DNA of 37,702 bases from an uncultured Clostridia bacterium (GTDB taxonomy: Bacteria > Bacillota > Clostridia > Oscillospirales > CAG-272): the NCBI GenBank assembly GCA_947624945.1, contig CANQMJ010000001.1, forward strand, positions 1-37,702. Direction: 5' to 3'. The number at the start of each line of letters is the position of its first letter. Position 1 is the stretch's first letter. This document shows, one piece after another, positions 36,075-37,702 of the stretch. The notes beneath the pieces are model-generated. The model was given only the letters and a program-made list of their open reading frames with translations. It had not been told where the DNA came from and searched no databases. The translations under genes were made by a program, and so were the position numbers.

Positions 36075-37604
36075 ATGGCAAAAGCAACAAACGAAAGTAA
36101 ACTTAATATGCTCGTCGACGCTATCGGCGAGGTCAACGGCTACGCGATACGCGAATCCGTCGCGGGCAGCCGTGAAATGAAGGATTACAACAGAACGAAA
36201 TGGGGACTGAGAGCATCGGCGCTCGCGCTCGTCGCTGTCATGGGCATTACGACTGTGCTCATGCCGAGAAAGGGCGGCGCTGCCGTCGGACCCGAACCGG
36301 GAGCAGACGGCGCGGACGTGTACGCGGACACGTATGCGGACACGGAGGAAGTACCCGGCGAGGACAGTCTCGACGTGCTCGGCATCGTTTCGGGAAAGGT
36401 ATACGATATCGTGCCCGAGAACGACATGCTTGATCTGGCGGAAAAATATCTCGGCGAAGAGATCTCCGGCGCGACGTTCACATACTATCCCGGCACGCTT
36501 GATGAAAACACGCCCGACGGCCCCGTAATGTACGCAGGCATACATGTTGACGAAGGCGAGGCGGAGCTTTTGGCAAAGCTGCATCTGTCGGCGACGTGGG
36601 AGTCCGAGATAGTCGAGCAGTTCACAAGCGACGAATACGACAAGATCGCGGAAAAGTACGGTCTTTCCGACGGTTCGGGTACTGTCACTGTATCATGCGA
36701 CGGGTGCGAGCCTCTCGACATCAGCTTTGAGGGCGCGAAGGGACGCAACGTGAAGTGCCTTGAGTGCGGCGGCGAATATAAGCTGCTGTCGCACGGCGTC
36801 GCGGACGACGGCGTCACATACGCAGCCGTTTACAAATGCGAAAACGAGCATGAAGGCGATCTTGGCCGCGTCATCGTTCTGATACAGAAATACGGACGCA
36901 GCACGGACGGGAATGAATTCGTCGAGGACGTCAACGGCGACGGCATCAACGATTACGTGTATATTGGCTCCAAAACGGGGTACGATTACAGCACGTACGA
37001 CGGCATCATGCAGGCGCTCACGGACGCGATGTTCCGCATGAGGGACGATATCCCGATAATAGAGGGCGAGGGCTATGAAAACAAATCGTTCGATACGCTC
37101 GGACGTCTTCTCGACGCGGCGCTTGACGGCAAAACGCAGAAAGAGCTTCTCGAATACGTCGACCTCGGCGGCGGACGCATCAACAGAGGTCAGTTTTTAG
37201 AGCCGATGCGCATGATGACAGAGCGCTATCCCGAACAGATCGCGGGCGAGCACGAGATCATGGATGTGTTCGAGATGATGTGCCGTCTCGATCAGGAGGA
37301 GTATATGTCTGTTGATGATCTTCTTGAAAACAAATATATTTACAGTGAAATTTTCGGCAGCACCGACGCTCCCAGAACGACGGCGAACGGCGACGGCTCC
37401 GTAACAATTTCCTATGATTCGTGCGATATAAGGATCATATCGTTATACGGCGACGACGAAAAAACGGCCCCGCACTTCGATATTTTGGACGTAGAAGATC
37501 GGACGATCACGGTTCCCGCCGGATGCATCGGCGAGATCACCGTGGCTCCCGTAAGCGAATACGGAGTCATAGGCACTCCCGCGATCGTGTATGTCGGCAA
37601 GTGA
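36075..37604 (+). CDS. Single-pass membrane protein co-transcribed with the sigma factor (putative anti-sigma or sensor)
   Basis: ATG 36075 lies 1 nt after the sigma stop. A short cytoplasmic N-terminus, one TM (ASALALVAVMGITTVLM) and a roughly 430-aa extracytoplasmic domain. No motif I recognise. Confidence 0.5.
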   Translation: MAKATNESKLNMLVDAIGEVNGYAIRESVAGSREMKDYNRTKWGLRASALALVAVMGITTVLMPRKGGAAVGPEPGADGADVYADTYADTEEVPGEDSLDVLGIVSGKVYDIVPENDMLDLAEKYLGEEISGATFTYYPGTLDENTPDGPVMYAGIHVDEGEAELLAKLHLSATWESEIVEQFTSDEYDKIAEKYGLSDGSGTVTVSCDGCEPLDISFEGAKGRNVKCLECGGEYKLLSHGVADDGVTYAAVYKCENEHEGDLGRVIVLIQKYGRSTDGNEFVEDVNGDGINDYVYIGSKTGYDYSTYDGIMQALTDAMFRMRDDIPIIEGEGYENKSFDTLGRLLDAALDGKTQKELLEYVDLGGGRINRGQFLEPMRMMTERYPEQIAGEHEIMDVFEMMCRLDQEEYMSVDDLLENKYIYSEIFGSTDAPRTTANGDGSVTISYDSCDIRIISLYGDDEKTAPHFDILDVEDRTITVPAGCIGEITVAPVSEYGVIGTPAIVYVGK

Positions 37605-37702
37605 GATATGAAAGCATAAACAGGACCCCCGGGTAACTTCCAATAAAACAGTATCGAAGCAATACTGATATAGGGTAGTTGCCAAACAGGGGTGCAACAA
37701 AG

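Overview
GC-rich Firmicutes (Clostridia-like) chromosomal segment, mostly core genes on the + strand. Order: GH43 hydrolase, pcrA, a SAM methyltransferase, a small lipoprotein, miaA. Then comes a distal division-cluster block in the same order as Bacillus subtilis: HlyD-like membrane protein, yggS/ylmE, sepF, yggT/ylmG, ylmH, divIVA, ileS, lspA, rluD. After it lie an orphan OppA-like lipoprotein and an FGGY sugar kinase. A lower-GC accessory patch at about 20.4-26.6 kb holds a RelB/ParE toxin-antitoxin pair, an ArsB/NhaD-type permease, a ~0.95 kb gene-free island, an RHH regulator, an AprAB-like flavoprotein plus ferredoxin, and an AT-rich small membrane protein. The rest is L-serine dehydratase, a CE4 deacetylase, recG, two XRE regulators, a BspA-type LRR lipoprotein (- strand), rplM-rpsI and a sigma-70/membrane-protein pair. 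I saw no rRNA, tRNA, CRISPR array, transposase, integrase or recombinase. No known defence system is recognisable. The most unusual content is non-coding. (1) At 22.48-23.33 kb, two outward-facing promoters are flanked by a long imperfect inverted repeat whose units keep a hairpin intact through wobble-compatible changes. (2) At 15.72-16.07 kb, a ~354 bp composite palindrome has perfect 56-nt terminal arms and compensatory inner hairpins. (3) Related long perfect hairpins occur in at least three other intergenic regions. Long ORFs antisense to real genes are GC-driven artefacts.
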